Positions 1 through 20,415 of a stretch of DNA of 64,000 nucleotides are shown here, piece after piece. The notes below the pieces were generated by a model. That model ran no database searches. It was given only the letters and a program-made list of their open reading frames with translations, and was not told the origin of the DNA. The stretch comes from the human T2T-CHM13v2.0 reference genome, Homo sapiens: NCBI RefSeq assembly GCF_009914755.1, contig NC_060940.1; one strand, written 5' to 3'. The position numbers and the translations under genes are program-made. How positions within the stretch are numbered: the stretch's first letter is position 1; every line of letters begins with the position of its first letter.

Positions 1-238
1 GGTGACAGAGCGAGACTCCATCTCAAATAAATAAATAAATAAATAAAAATAAATACATAAATACATAAAATAAAAGAAGAAAAAAAATTAGCCAGCTGTG
101 GTAGGGCACACCTGTAATTCCAGCTTCTTGGGAGGTAGAAGACTTGAGCCCAGGAGGTTGAGGCTGCAGTGAGCAGTGTTCACGCCACGGCACTCCAACC
201 TGAACAACAGAGTGAGACCCTGTCTCAAAAAAAAAAAA
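1..238 (+). mobile_element. Alu 3' end with (TAAA)n tail, followed by an AluJ right arm
   Basis: gagactccatctc-aaat repeats, then attagccagc...gaggctgcagtgagc...A-tail. Confidence 0.85.
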
Positions 239-1644
239 GTGGGTTCCTGGCCTGGAAGCACCTGAGGACTCATAGAAATGCAGGTTTTCAGGCTTCCCTG
301 GAGACCTGGATCAGAAGCTGTGGGGTGGGGCTGGCGGTCTGTTGTAACAAAGCATCCTGTTATCCTAGAAAGCTAAAGAAGGCTTGCCCTGGGGCCCTGG
401 CACAAAGGTGGGGCATGGAGGGCTGGCTACTGGGGTCAGCGTGGAGCTGTGTGGACGGTTCTGGTTATAGGGCCTGGTGTGACCAGAAAGAAGTCACGAG
501 TGACCTGGGAGCTGAAAGACCACCTCCCTCCAAAATCAGGAAGGCCCCTTAAGAACAAGTTGTTGGCATATTTGGAAGGCTTTCTTCCAGAAGAACATTC
601 AGCCCTTTGGCACTTTGTGCTGAAGCTGTGACGCCCTGATGCTCCAGGGCCTGAGTCAGTGTCCTGAGGATGCTGGCACCCTCCTTCAGAGCACGTTTCA
701 TGCCCCTATGTGCCTGGGAAGAGCCAGCTACGCACATTTACTTATAACCCCTGAAGGGGTGAGCTGTTTCCTCAAGGGCATTGAAGACACCTCTATGATG
801 TGTATCCATCTTCCCTGCCATCTCTCCCTCCTGCCCCAGGCCTGCTGCCCACACAGCCAGTCCGTTCGCCCCGGGAGGGAAGACACGGTTTATTCCCCGG
901 GACCTGCGAGGCTGGGGCTGCCCTGGGACTGAGAAGGTATTTTCAGCTGGGCCTTGGCATCGCAGGACAAAGTGCTCTCTCAGACTTGGGATGAACTGGG
1001 CCCTGTCTAGGAGAGTCGTGTGCGGGTCCAAGGGGGAGGCCCCGCCGCCAGCTGGACTTTATCTGGGGCCTGACACATCGCAGTTCACTTTGAAGGCTGC
1101 TGAGCCGGGGCCCCAGGCCTGTTTCAGCTCTGAGACTCCTGAGGGAAAGGCCCCGGGATTTTCTCTTGCATAATGGTGTGCTCTCTCCTTGGACCACTCC
1201 TGCCCTCTTAATCCAGTCTTCAAACAGAGGTCAGAGCAACATCAAATTTTTTTTTTTTATAATTTCTTGTTGATGCTTAACATACCAGGGAAGAGGGCAC
1301 AGCCGTCTCTGTACCGGCAGAGAGATTTTCACAAAGCGCCGTAGCCCCGGTCACAGCAGAGCCTGGCCGGCCCCCAGAAGCCCCCCAGGCCCCTCTCACT
1401 GCCCCCGCACCCCCCAAGGTAGTCATTTCCGGACTTCTAAGGGCACAGGCTGGGTTTGCCTGGTTTGGACTTGACTTAAATGAAACCATGCGTGTTGAAT
1501 CCCCGGAGTCTGGCCCCTTCTGTTGGTTGAGCACCGTGTCTGCGGGGTTTGTCTGTGCTATTGTGTGTTGCAAGGCTTTTGCGACACAAACCAGACCCTG
1601 TCACCGCCCGACTTCCCTCCCTCGAGGGCCCTCTTTGCATTTAG

Positions 1645-2152
<508 letters not shown>

Positions 2153-3138
2153 TAAGAGCTCAGCAGGACCTTGCCGTCTACCCCAACCAGAGTGGTTCTG
2201 CCCCCCTCCTCTGTTCATCTTCGCCATCCGTGTGTCCGGGATGTCCTGCTCACACCTTCGGTATTTACCTGTCCGCTGCCCGTTTGTTTACTCTCTGTCT
2301 CCTCCCAGTCCCGAGGGCAGATTCGGTCTTTTTCACTTGCAGATCCCAAGGACTCCTGGGATTTTCACCTGCAGAGTGCTATGGAGGTTCCGCAGCCGGC
2401 TCTCGACTCATCTTCGCGGATGCCACCTGTCAGTGAATCACGCTTCTCAGGCAGGGAGACTGGCCCGGGCTGCCAGCCCTGGAGCCCAGCACAGAGATGA
2501 CCTGGGGCCCTGAATTTACTCAGGAGGAGAAGGGAAAGAAACATCATTAAACACCATTAAGTTCCTGGGATTCTGTCACTGGGCCCTTTATAAACATGAT
2601 CCTGGGTAGTCATAGCACCCTTCCTCCCCTAGCCATGGAAGAAACTCAGGGCCTCATGCATGAGTGAGGAATTAGAGGCTTGAGGAAGTTGAGGCATGCC
2701 CAGCTCCATGCAGTGGCGGCAGAATTCGAACCCAGAGCTGCCCATTCTTCTCTATGCCTTTCCTCATTGCCTTCTGGGAGTCCGTAATTCCTTTCCCTTC
2801 GGAGAGGGAGGGCTCCTGCTGTTTATCTTTTAAAGCTTTGCTGGGAACATTGTTTCCAGGGAAACAACCACACGTCTTCAAGAAGGGAGAAAGGTGCCCC
2901 AGGAGTTATGTCCTGGGGTTTTAAAGAATGTATTAATTTATTACCTGGTCCCTTAAAAGTGACTTTTCTTATATATCACCTTGGCTTGCATCGAATGCAC
3001 CTGCTTTTCAGTTCTTTTTTTTTCACATAGTACATTAAATAAGAGTTTGTTAATGACTATTTTCTTTTTGTCCAGAATTTTGTATATGCTTAGCATAGTA
3101 TGTAAACAATGAAAAGCATTGTATAGATTTTTTGCTCA

Positions 3139-3423
<285 letters not shown>

Positions 3424-4231
3424 TTAAGCTGAGTGGACTGTTGGCTGTCCTGGGGAGATGGGGAATTCAGCACAGTGCAGGCAGCAGCTAGGGAAGGAGC
3501 TGGAGCTGGACTGTGGCCTCCCTTGGGTCTGGCTTCAATCCTGCCAAGAAGGGTTTAAGGAAAACTGCCAGGCTGCAGTGAGTAGGGGAGAAAGGGCCCC
3601 CACTCACTGCGTGGTGCTTACCCAGGCGCTCTAACGGGATGTTCTGCTCAGTCAAGGGATCTGCCAGAGACACAAACGGGGGGAGTGGAGTACCCCTCCT
3701 TCCAGCCACTGCTTCATTCCTGGAATTTCTGGGTGGTTTGTGGGTATGACTCTGATCTGCCCTTGGCCTCTTGCTCAGATCTGAGTTCTCCTTTGATACT
3801 TGTGAGGAAGGGTAGAGCCTAGAGAACACCCCGACCCCCAGGCTTCTGGGGTCAGCTGCTCTCCTGTGGACCATGGGTCTCAGCTGAGTGGTGCAGGGCC
3901 ACAGGTCAGAACTGCCCTGATGTTTAAGAGAGTCGCTGCGTGGACGACCCAGGACTGGTAAGTGACCAGGGCGTAGTGAATGAATCGACATTGTCCTCAG
4001 GCCTTATGTGTGACCACAGGCAAGTTGCTTATCTTTTTTAAGCCTCAGTTTCATCGTCTGTAAAATAGGGCTATTGTCACAGTGGCCTCATCAGTTTGTG
4101 GACCACATGAAATGTTCAGTGCAGGAGTAGAGGGCCCAGGCCACGCCTGCGGCAGCCCCTTCCTCATCCCACGTTGGCGTGGGTTTGGTGATGAACATTT
4201 GCTGGGGGCATAAAGTTGATTGAACAAGGCT

Positions 4232-5306
<1,075 letters not shown>

Positions 5307-5679
5307 TTCCGGCCCTTGAGAAGCTCGGGGTCCAGGGAGGGAGGCTGAGAGTCAGAGCGGCTGCAATCCTGGGTGGGGAGCCCAGGGCCGGGGGTGCCCA
5401 TGGGCCTGTCAACTCAGCTGAGACGCAGCCATGGAAGAGGACAGAGCTCCATGACAGAAAATGACATCTGACAGGATAACCTCGGTGTGAATCACCAAAT
5501 ACATTTGCATGGGTGGCACCTGGCCAGGTGGTGACATGAATCCCCCAGACCTGGCACATGACATCTTGGACATCTGGGGAAAAATGGCCAATGCTCAAGG
5601 TATATACAGAGCTAATATACGTTTCAAATTCAGTAGAGGGTCCCCCTGCCATCCCCCAAGCATTGGACATTTAACAGAT

Positions 5680-6310
<631 letters not shown>

Positions 6311-8904
6311 TAAACATTGGATTTTGTTAAGGTAAACGTGGGCTTTGAAATAATATGAAGAGAGAATTGTCTGTTCATAGCATTCCACATTATTCACTCC
6401 AGCCTTCTAAAATCCCTTCAAACGATGCATTTTTGGAGGCTCTGGCACAGCCTCCTTATTATAACAGGCAGTGCACTGACTGGGGACTGAAGTTCAGGAC
6501 CTTTTTCCTTCCTCACAGCCGTAGGGCCTGTCACTCCCCTCCACCCACAGACGTGAACTCAAGAAGCTCGGTGCTGTGTCCAAGATGACACAGGCTTGGG
6601 CAAGGCCAAGGGCCAGTGAGGGGCAAGGTCAAGAATTGAACCCAGGTCTCTCTTCCCCGACAGCCCATGCTGCAGTCAGTAAAGAAGCAGCCCAAATCAG
6701 ACGTAGTCCTTATATGGCTTTTCTGATCTAGCTGGGAGCAGGAGGGGGCCACAGAGTCATCCCGTAAATATTTATCAAACACTGACTTAGACATCGACGC
6801 TTCGGCGGTGAACGAGACCCGCAGGTCTGCGGTGTGATTACACTGGAGGTTTCTAGGAAGCCGTGCTCCTCGGGCTGAGTCTTAGCAATGAGCAGGAATT
6901 CATCTCCCTGGCCTGGGCCAGTGAAGCGGGGCATGTCGGGGTCATGGGATGAGCTGTGGGAACAGCATGTGCAAAAGCAGGGAGCTTGGCACAGGCTGGG
7001 AGCTGACGGCTGACAGGCTAAGTCCCGAGATTCATCTTTCTGGCAGATTCTCCTAAACACAAGGCACTTGCAGCCCAGGCCAATGACGCAATGAGCTTCA
7101 GCCCAGCTCCTTCTCCCTCACTCACTTCTGAGTGTTGAGTACGATGGCGCCCAAGAGATAACCATCAGGGAGACCCCTCGCTAAACTTGGACACATGGTT
7201 TGGTGATCCCCTAAATGTCCACAAAGCCTCGGCCAGGGTAGAGGGGTGCGGTTGGAGAGCTCATAGTGCAAACAAGCTGTGTTGAAAGTCCTCCAAACTT
7301 TTGGCAAGTTTGAGTTCAAGTCTTGGTTTCACTTTAAACTAGCCACACAGTCTCCTAAATGCCAGTCTCCTGGACTCAGTTGCACTTTCTGTAAAATGGG
7401 GCTGAAAACAGCTGCCTCCCTGCTAGAGTCCAAATGCATCTCAAAGCTCTGGGCAGCGCGGGAGAAGTGTGGCTCCCGTCGCTTTGATTCGCCAGCTGTG
7501 GGTCTCACCATTGACCCTGGGACCTGAAAGCTCTGTCCGTTCCCCTCCCAGCCTCTGCTGTGTGCTGAAATCTGGTGTGTTTTCATGAGGTCTCGGAGCC
7601 GTTATCTTACTTGTGGTCTTATGGGCTCAGTTTTGCAACTCTGGCAAAAGAGAACAAAATCTTCTAGAGAGCATTTCTGCTGTGTTGTCCCGCGGTCCCT
7701 AGTGATATTTCATTATCAATGAGTGGCTGAGTGGACAGGATGCAGGGGCATCTCTCTAGGAGTGGCGCATGCACCCGGCCCTGCCTGGGAGCATCAGGGG
7801 TAGAAGAGCAGAGTTAGAGTGGGAGCCTCACACCCTGGGTACCGAAGTGCACTCGGGGCAGCCACCAAAGCGTGAGCTCTTCCAGGACGCTAGGAGGGCA
7901 CTCTGCAGGGGGCATCCATCTGCCAGAGGTCAGAGGTCAGAGATCAGCTCATCATATCTGGGTCAAAGGCGAGTGGGCAGCACCGATGGTGGTGGGGGGG
8001 CGTGTTTGTGTTGGTGGAACGTCACCATGATGCGAGGGTCTCCGTTGTCTCCCATGGGGGTGACACATTGGTGCCTTCTCATCAACAGAGGCACCACGTG
8101 ACCCGGGAGGCCCGTGCCCTGACTCCCCCAGCCCAGCAGCCTTCCCAGGAGGCAGAAGAGGGTGGAAGAGAACTTTAGGGCAAGATTCGGTTGTTTGGTT
8201 TGGGAGCCCCCTTCCCCCTGCATGGGTTGGTGGGGGTGCTTGGGATTTTCACATCCAGAGGGAAGCCCACTCCGTGGGAGGCAGCAGGGCACTAAGCCAA
8301 GGGCATACCTGGGCCTCGAGGTTAGAAGAGCTGCGTTCCGGCTCCAGACTTGCTGCTCGCCCTGGGCAGATTCCTTAAATTCCATGGACTTCAGCCTCCT
8401 CATCTGTAGAGTGGGAGTGATGGAGCCCAGACTCTGGAAAGTCAGGAGGGTGAGAGGAGGTCACGGAGGTCAGGCGCTCACACCACGACGGGCGCAGGGC
8501 AGGTCTTCCCCGGCGGCCCCCTTCGCCCTGAGGGTTGCTGGCGTGAGCCCCTTCTTGATGTTGGCAAGCCCGGGACCACTTGGAGGTCCATCCCATTTGG
8601 AAAGAGTTTGTGTGTTTTCATTGTCAATGGAAAAGGGGTGGAAGTGCTTCGGTCCCGGTTCCGACTGAGCTGTCTCAGAAGTGAGGGTAGAATGGGCAGT
8701 GTGGGCCAGGGCTGCCGGGCACTGCCCCTGTGAACTGGGCCTCGGCCAATTGGTTTGTGGCTTTGGCAGATGGCACCAACCAGGTTCCAGCCAGGACCCT
8801 GGCCTGGCCTCCTAACGTGCCTGTCTGCCTCCTTCGTGTCTCCTCTTTACAATAGCCAGGGGCATATTTGGAAACAGTCCTGTCCAGCCATGTGTTATCT
8901 GATG

Positions 8905-9275
8905 TGTGTTGGTCTGTTAAGCCGGCTACAGCAAAGTACCACAAGCTTCAACAATAGGAATTTAGATTCCCACAGTTCTGGAGGCCAGAAGTCTAAGATC
9001 AAGGTGCTGGCGGGGCTGGTTTCTTCTGGGGTCTCTCTCTGTGGCTGGCAGACGGCGTCTTCTCCCTGTGTCCTCATGTGGTCGTCCTCTGCGTGTCTCG
9101 GTCCTAAACTCTTCTAGTAAGGACACCAGTCAGCTTGGTTAGGGCCCAACCTCATGGCCTCACATTACCTTAATCACCTCCGCAAAGGCCCCGTCTCCAA
9201 ATACATTGCATTTGGAGGTCCTGGACATTAGGGCTCCAATGTGTGAGTTTGGGGAAAACCAGCTCAAACCCATAG
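8905..9275. mobile_element. MaLR solo LTR (MLT1A/B-like)
   Basis: cacagttctggaggccagaagtctaagatcaaggtg...aaggccccgtctccaaatac; boundaries approximate. Confidence 0.75.
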
Positions 9276-9354
9276 CTGTGTGCTTGTTCCTGTGCACCCA
9301 GCACTGGGCTCTGGGGGTACAAACTGGAATGAGGTGCTGGCCCTTTTATGGTTA

Positions 9355-9653
<299 letters not shown>

Positions 9654-10202
9654 TATGGTTACTTTTCTGCTCAAAATCTTCTGTGTTCTCCTGCGGCCCA
9701 AATGTAGTAGGAGCCATCCAGATCTGGAGGAGCCTCATCCCCTCCCAAGCAGGGACCCCCCGACCCACCCCCAGGCCCTCTGGGCTGAAGTCAAACCCAA
9801 CCACTTTCAGACCCAACAGTACTGGCACGCCACCCAGCATGGCAGGCCTGTGTCTCCCAGGCTGGTGGCTTTTGTGGTGCACATGAGGGCACTTGGAGAA
9901 ACCCTCCCATTCCTCTCCCCTTTTCCTTCTGTTGTCTTCCAATGTGGAGGTTTCACTAAATCCCGTGGTTCTCCCAACTCTAAAGCTCCACCTGAGACTT
10001 CATAACTTCTCTTTGGAATCCTTAGAGAAGGACCAGCCTCTAAGCTGTGGAAGTCCCTTTAACATTCAGAACAAAGGCGGCCAGTCAGATCTCCTGGGAT
10101 AGCTCACGCTGGCTCAGGAGGACGTGCCAGAGGACTCATTTAAAAACAGCATTTGACTCCTCCTGTTTTCTCACTTTGGCATTTTGTTTTATTTTGTTAA
10201 GC

Positions 10203-10488
10203 ACAGGTTGGCCCTCCCTGATCTGACAATCCAAAATCCGAAATGCTTCAAAATCCAAAACTTTTTGAGCACTGCCCTGAAGCCACGTGTGGAAAATTCC
10301 ACACCTGACCTCATGTGATGGGTTGCAGTCAAAACATAGTGAAAACTTTGTTCCATGCACAAAATTATTTTAACATGTTGGATGAAATTACCTTCAGGCT
10401 ACATGTATAAGGTGTATCTCAAACATCAACAAATTTTGTGTTTAGATTGGGTCTTATCCCCAAGATATCTCATTATGTACATGCAAAT
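10203..10488. mobile_element. Tigger4/MER46-like DNA transposon fragment
   Basis: aatccaaaatccgaaatgcttcaaaatccaaaactttttgagc...ggaaaattccacacctgacctcatgtgatggg, matching the recalled consensus. Confidence 0.7.
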
Positions 10489-11679
10489 CAGCGGAGCATC
10501 GTCATGACACCAGGAGGACACCCCGTGACGCCGATTACCGCACTCTCAACCTCAACCCAGCGTCAGAGTTTTCTGGCATCTCTTCTTTGAGCCTGGCCGC
10601 CTGCAGCTGGAAATGCTCATATATGGTGGTGTGACTAACCTGAGAGAGAGAGATCAGGGATCCTGAGAAGTTCTGCATTCTTGGTCTGCTTCCCAGCGGG
10701 ACGAGTAAGCACGCAGAGGTCCTCCCCACGCAGCCCCGGGCTCGGCTTTGGAGGAGGGCAGCCCGTCTGCCCTGCTACAAAGCAAGCCAAGCCTCTCCTC
10801 TCCGCATGGGGTTATTTTTGTCTGAGGCGCAGGCTCAGTCAGGACCCTGGAGAGTTTCCAGGGGTCGGGAATGGGAACCACAGCATTCCCATAGCTCTTT
10901 GGCTCAGCCTCTGTCGCCTGTTGCCAACGTTTCTGCTTCCTGGGATGCCCGTCTTGGCCTCTATCCCCTCCAGGCCTTGATCTACATCTCCCCACCCCAG
11001 CCCCACCCGAGGATGCCCACCTTGCACTGCCACTGTCCCAGCCAACTTGACTGGTAAACACCTGGTTGGTGCTATGGGGGTGAAGACCAGGGAGGACTCA
11101 TGTGAAGAACTGAGCCCCGTGGAGTTCCGACGGGTCAGCCTGAGGCACGGCCACCACCCAACCCTCCAGACAGAGCTGCTTCTTCCGGCCCTCGAGGGCC
11201 TGGCACTGTCTTTAGAGTCAGCCTTGTCCTGCTATGTGGGGACTGCGGGTTTCCTCCTCCATCTCCCCGACCTAACTGAGCTCCTTGAGGCCAGGGACAG
11301 AGTCCTCTTCATCTTCGCATCCCCAGTCTCCATCTCGGAGTCCAGCACAAAATAAGGCGCTTGATGGAGGTGACTGGGTGGCCCCGACTCTCCCCTGCGA
11401 GGAAAGCAGAGAGGAGGGGTGTGCGTGGACGCACTCGTTCAAGCCCTTCCTTGTCTTCTTGGGCCAATGACATACATTTTTCAGATGGCAAGCCAGGAGG
11501 AGGAGGTCTGTGGTTCGTGACCCTATAATGGAGGGGAGGTAGTTGGCCCCCAGGGACAGAGGAGTCAAGGTAGCTTGCTGGAAAACTCTGGGTCTTTGTA
11601 ATCATCATTTCGAATTTCAGCATCTCTGCTTACCAGGAGGCCGGCCCTGGGCTTGTCTTGTCACCACACTAAGCCATAG

Positions 11680-11997
<318 letters not shown>

Positions 11998-12689
11998 TTA
12001 TCTGTAAAATGGGGATGAGAACAGCCTGACCTCCTGGGTTGCCATGGTGATTGAGAATAACATAAACGACCGGCCTGTGTAGGTGCTGATGAAGGGTTTT
12101 CTGAGGGAACAAAAGGCTGAGGCCTTGGCTGGACGTGGTTCTGGGCAGCTGTGTCTTAGTGTGCAACAGATGTGCGGGTGGGGCCCGGGGCGAGGGCCGT
12201 GATAAGAGGAGCCATATGTCAACCACTATTGGTAAACTGAGTCTGACTTCACAGGGACTAGAAGTTTGCTCTCAACGTTGGTCCACGGAGCATCCTTTGG
12301 TGATGGGAAATGACTTTAGCAATCCCCTTGGGGCAGGTGATAGAAGCTAATTTGTGCCTGAGATTCACCTGAGTCCTGAATGAATAAGAGATGCTGACTC
12401 ATAATTAGAAAATGCAGGGACTCGCTCAAGGAAAACTTGAGTCCAGGAAGAACTCTTCTAGGTTATCCTCTTTGGAATCCTGACAGCTTGCCTCGCTGGA
12501 AACCCTTGGCGTAAATCCCAGCTCCACCACTTCCTGTCTGTGGGACCTTGCTTGTTTAGCTTCTGTGGGCCTCAGTTTCCGCATCTGTAAAATGGAGAGA
12601 GTCGTGTGTGCTGCGTTCGCTGCTCCAGCCAGCGCTGTGACCGGCTCCTACTAATGCGACTTCTCCCACCACCCTCTGCTTCCTTTCAG

Positions 12690-12763
12690 AGCTCAAGCGC
12701 CCAGCTCTGCCCCAGGAGCCCAGGCTGCCCCGTGAGTCCCATAGTTGCTGCAGGAGTGGAGCC
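12690..12763 (+). other. CRISPLD2: 5'UTR part of exon 2 (74 nt)
   Basis: Pyrimidine-rich acceptor ctgcttcctttcag ends at 12689; Kozak-like gccATG at 12764. Confidence 0.85.
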
Positions 12764-13003
12764 ATGAGCTGCGTCCTGGGTGGTGTCATCCCCTTGGGGC
12801 TGCTGTTCCTGGTCTGCGGATCCCAAGGCTACCTCCTGCCCAACGTCACTCTCTTAGAGGAGCTGCTCAGCAAATACCAGCACAACGAGTCTCACTCCCG
12901 GGTCCGCAGAGCCATCCCCAGGGAGGACAAGGAGGAGATCCTCATGCTGCACAACAAGCTTCGGGGCCAGGTGCAGCCTCAGGCCTCCAACATGGAGTAC
13001 ATG
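12764..13003 (+). CDS. CRISPLD2: Exon 2 coding part (aa 1-80): signal peptide, RVRR proprotein-convertase-like site, start of CAP domain
   Basis: MSCVLGG...[18 protein letters not shown]; donor ATG|gtgagc; 240 nt, phase 0. Confidence 0.97.
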
Positions 13004-13063
13004 GTGAGCGCCGGCTCCGGCCGCAGAGGCTGGCACCGGGGGTGGGGCCTGGGCCACCAGCCT

Positions 13064-13097
13064 GCTCTGTTCCCCAGCCAGCTCTGTTCCCCAGCCA
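13064..13097. repeat. 17-bp perfect tandem duplication
   Basis: gctctgttccccagcca x2. Confidence 0.9.
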
Positions 13098-13154
13098 GTG
13101 CGTGTGATGGCTGGCTCAGGGTCTCCTCTGGCAGGGGAGGATCCCGGCTCTGTT

Positions 13155-16942
<3,788 letters not shown>

Positions 16943-18599
16943 TACGTTTTTCTTTTTCGCCGCCAATTTCTGAGAGCAGAGGGGGCTTGTTGGAACATGC
17001 TGTTGGGAGAGTTGCTTTATGAGAAATGAAAGGAAAGGGGCCATGGGAACGTTGAGACCCATTGAATCCGCGCATCCCTGGTGGCTTGGCCTTGGTCCTC
17101 ATGGGGCAGGGAGGCCCCACGTCTCTCTGGAGAGGTTGTCAGCATCTGGGACTGGAGCTTGACTGAGCTGCGACCCCCAGGATCCCAGATGCTTCCCGCC
17201 TCCCGGTCTGGAGCAGGCTGGGTTCATGCTGGTCTTCTTGTCCCTGCACTGTGTGGTCCTCCCGGTTTCATGCAAGACTTAGTGCCAGTGAAAGGAGCTT
17301 CTTTGCAGCAGGGAAAGTCAGGCCGCCCGGGCAGCCCAGAGCAGGCCTTTCATGTTTTCCTGTTTGTTTACTTGGTGATGTTTCAGGATTGGAGCTGGGA
17401 TCTGGGTCCTTTGGTCTAAAAGGCCGGCCTGCTGGGGAGGCTGAGCCTTCATGGATGCTACTGAGGCTACCTCGGAGCAAGGAGGCTGAAAGGATGGGGT
17501 GGCAGGGGCCCTGCCACTCAGCCCGGCACCCTCAGCACTGCGCTGCATTGCCCCTCTGCTCTGGTTCACACCCAAACAAGCAATGCAGATTTGAGAAAGC
17601 GGCTTGGAAACGTGGCTTCCTGCTCAACCCTGCCTGCTGTGGCTTCAAGCCACAGTCCTTTGAAACAGCCTTAGCACTGAAAGGTGGATTCTAAAACCCC
17701 AAAGAGTTGAGCAGCCCGTTCTGAGGTTTTATGAGTGGACAGGCTCTGGAGCCAGCCTGCCTCCGTCCAGCCAGCTCTGTCACTGGCCAGCTTTGTGACT
17801 TCGGGCAGATTGCTTAGCCTTTCTGTTTATATTTCCTCACCTGCATGATGGGAACAAGAAACCCTTTCTCATAGGGTTGTTTGGAGGAGGCAATGAGATA
17901 ATGCATAAATCAGTTCCAAGTAAATGTGAATGATGCTGTTATCATTTAGTATATTGCACAGTCAGCATGTTGCATTAGCATATTTTAGTAACTTATGATT
18001 TTCGTGGGATGGGTCTGGCACTTGGTTACAGTATGCAAGGCAGGAAGAGCCCCCTTAGTAGCCAGACAAGAGGGGGTTGTGAAAGACTTCCTGGTTGTGT
18101 GACCTCAGGCATGCTACTTAACCTCTCCAAGACTCAAGGTTTGTTGCCCCTTGGCTGTTGAGGAGTCTTGCTGGGACACGGGGAGAGAGGGAAGCGAGGC
18201 ATGCGGTTGTGTTGGGCAGGTACTCCCTGCTGGGGGGTCCCAGGGCTAAGACAGGACTGTCTTCCCTGAGCATCTGCTGTGTGCCCGGGGCTGGGTGTGC
18301 AGAGGGCAGGAGGCCAGCCTCTGCCTGCTTAAAGCTGGAGCATCTGTCGGGAGGACTCCAGGGAGGAAGTGCAGCGTCAGCTGCCAGCTGTGCCAGGGCT
18401 GCCTGGCATCTGTTCCTCCACAGAGGAGAAAGGACACGCCTGCTCTGTTCATGGAATTCTCTCCCCAGGAGTCATGTGTGTTCCTGGGGCCAGCCTGTCT
18501 TCAGAGTCTCTGCCCAGACCCCTGCTCAGGCCCCACTGATTCAGGATGGGCCGTGCTGGGAGGTGAGCAGGGCTGGGCAAGCTGAAGACGTCTCTTGTC

Positions 18600-18980
18600 A
18601 ATTTCTTCTCATTGTGGTAAAGTATACGGACTATAAAATTGACCATTGTAACCATTTTTAAGTGTGCAGTTCTGTGGCATTAGGTACATTCACACTGTTG
18701 TGCAACCATCCCCGCCATCCATCTCTGGCACTTTCTTTTCTTTTCTTTTCTTTCTTTTTTTTTTGAGACAGAGTCTTACTTTGTCCAGGCCCGGCTAATT
18801 TTTGTATCTTTAGTAGAGACGGGGTTTCACCATGTTGGGCAGGCGGGTCTCCAACTCCTGACCTCAAGTGATCCGCCCGCCTCAGCCTCGCAAAGTTCTG
18901 GGATTACAGGCGTGAGCCACTGCGCCGGGCCCATCTCCGGCACTTTCTATCTTCCAACTGAAATGCGGCATCCATTCATC
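18600..18980 (-). mobile_element. Old L1 3' fragment interrupted by an internally deleted Alu (~18735-18931)
   Basis: ccatttttaagtgtgcagttctgtggcattaggtacattcacactgttgtgcaacc (L1M-type); Alu TSD ccatctc(t/c)ggcactttct. Confidence 0.75.
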
Positions 18981-19554
18981 TCGGGGCCCTTCTTGCTGTG
19001 TTGCCCTGCGGGTGGCCAGTGAGAGTCTAAAATCCCCTGCAGGGGCCCTCGTCTGCTTTTCTTTGCAGGCCTGTGTGTCGCTGACGTGGATAAAGCCTCC
19101 CTGACTGCAGCCAGGCCCTGGGCTGGGCATCTTGTAGGCTTCCCCTCCCCATTACTGCTCACAGTGAGGGCCATGGACATACCCACATTACAGATGAGGA
19201 CAGTGAGGCTCAGAGAGGGTAACTGCGTGCCTAGGTTCACACTGCCATTCCAGGACCAGCATTCAGAGCGCCAATCCAACGCCACCCGGATAATTGATTT
19301 CTAGCCCCTGGCCTAGGAATAGCATCTGATTATTACCTGCTGTGGTCCACACATAACTGCGTACATGGAGACAGCTCAGGGTCCAAGGTCCTGAAGACCT
19401 GGGTTCAGATCCTGGTTCTGTGACTGGCTGTGGGACCCAGGGAAAATGGCATTGCTTCTTCAAGCCTTGGTTTGCTTGCCTGTGAAATGGAGATAAGGGC
19501 CTGCTTCGGAGCCCCCTGTTAGAATGCAATGAAAAGGTTGGGGTAAAGCCCGAG

Positions 19555-19664
19555 GCCTGGTGTGCCTGGAACATGCGTAGTAAGGAGAGGAAGCCTGGTG
19601 TGCCTGGATCATGCGTAGTAAGGAGAGGAAGCCTGGTGTGCCTGGAACATGCGTAAGGAGAGGA
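19555..19664. repeat. 38-bp minisatellite, ~2.9 copies
   Basis: Unit gcctggtgtgcctggaacatgcgtagtaaggagaggaa starts at 19555, 19593 and 19631. Confidence 0.92.
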
Positions 19665-20054
19665 GACTGGGGTCATCGGGACAGGCTTCCAGGCCAAGAC
19701 CGTCCCTAGAGATGGCTGCTGACCTTCCCTTGTCTTCCACACAGCGTGCCGTGTTACCCTCAGAGGTCACTCAGCATGGCCACTCCTGTTTCACAGACAC
19801 TGAGGCCCAGAGAGAAGGCACCTGCCCAGGACCTCTGGCAAGTTAGAGGCCCAGCAGGAGGCCTGAGGATAGGCTTGGAGCCGGCACGTCTGGCCTGCCA
19901 CGCCCCCCTGGCTGATTTAGGAACCCAGCAATACAGCAGCAGAGCATTAGCTGTAGGCTCCACAGGAGCCCAGGCTGGGGCGTTGCCGTATTTATGGTTC
20001 TTATGCCCCTCCCTCACCCTCACCTCCTGGTGCCCGTTTCTCCTTCTCCTGCAG

Positions 20055-20173
20055 ACCTGGGATGACGAACTGGAGAAGTCTGCTGCAGCGTGGGCCAGTC
20101 AGTGCATCTGGGAGCACGGGCCCACCGGTCTGCTGGTGTCCATCGGGCAGAACCTGGGCGCTCACTGGGGCAG
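20055..20173 (+). CDS. CRISPLD2: Exon 3 (CAP domain: [23 protein letters not shown]...GQNL)
   Basis: ctcctgcag|ACC...CAG|gtaaga; 119 nt, phases 0-2. Confidence 0.97.
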
Positions 20174-20415
20174 GTAAGAGCCACAAGTTCCTCTCCGGCT
20201 GCCGCAGGACCCCACTGCCGTGTGCCGGGCTCAGCACTTGTGCCCCTTATCAAGTTTAGCCTGCAAAGAGAGTGAGAGAGACCACCCGTCCCATCGATAT
20301 TCTGGGAAACTGAGGCTTGGCATCCAGGAACACTCCTGAGTGACTGACAAAATGTATTCAAGCTTGGTTGGCTGACCCCAGACACTGATGATTGATTAAA
20401 GTTTGTAGTTTGGGT

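Noticed and set aside
652-658. AP-1 site TGAGTCA (also at several other positions)
   Set aside because: A 7-mer is expected several times by chance in 64 kb, and there is no supporting evidence.
7651-7665. Glucocorticoid response element AGAACAaaaTCTTCT (the gene is known to be glucocorticoid-inducible)
   Set aside because: The mismatch is at the critical G of the second half-site. It cannot be called without ChIP data.
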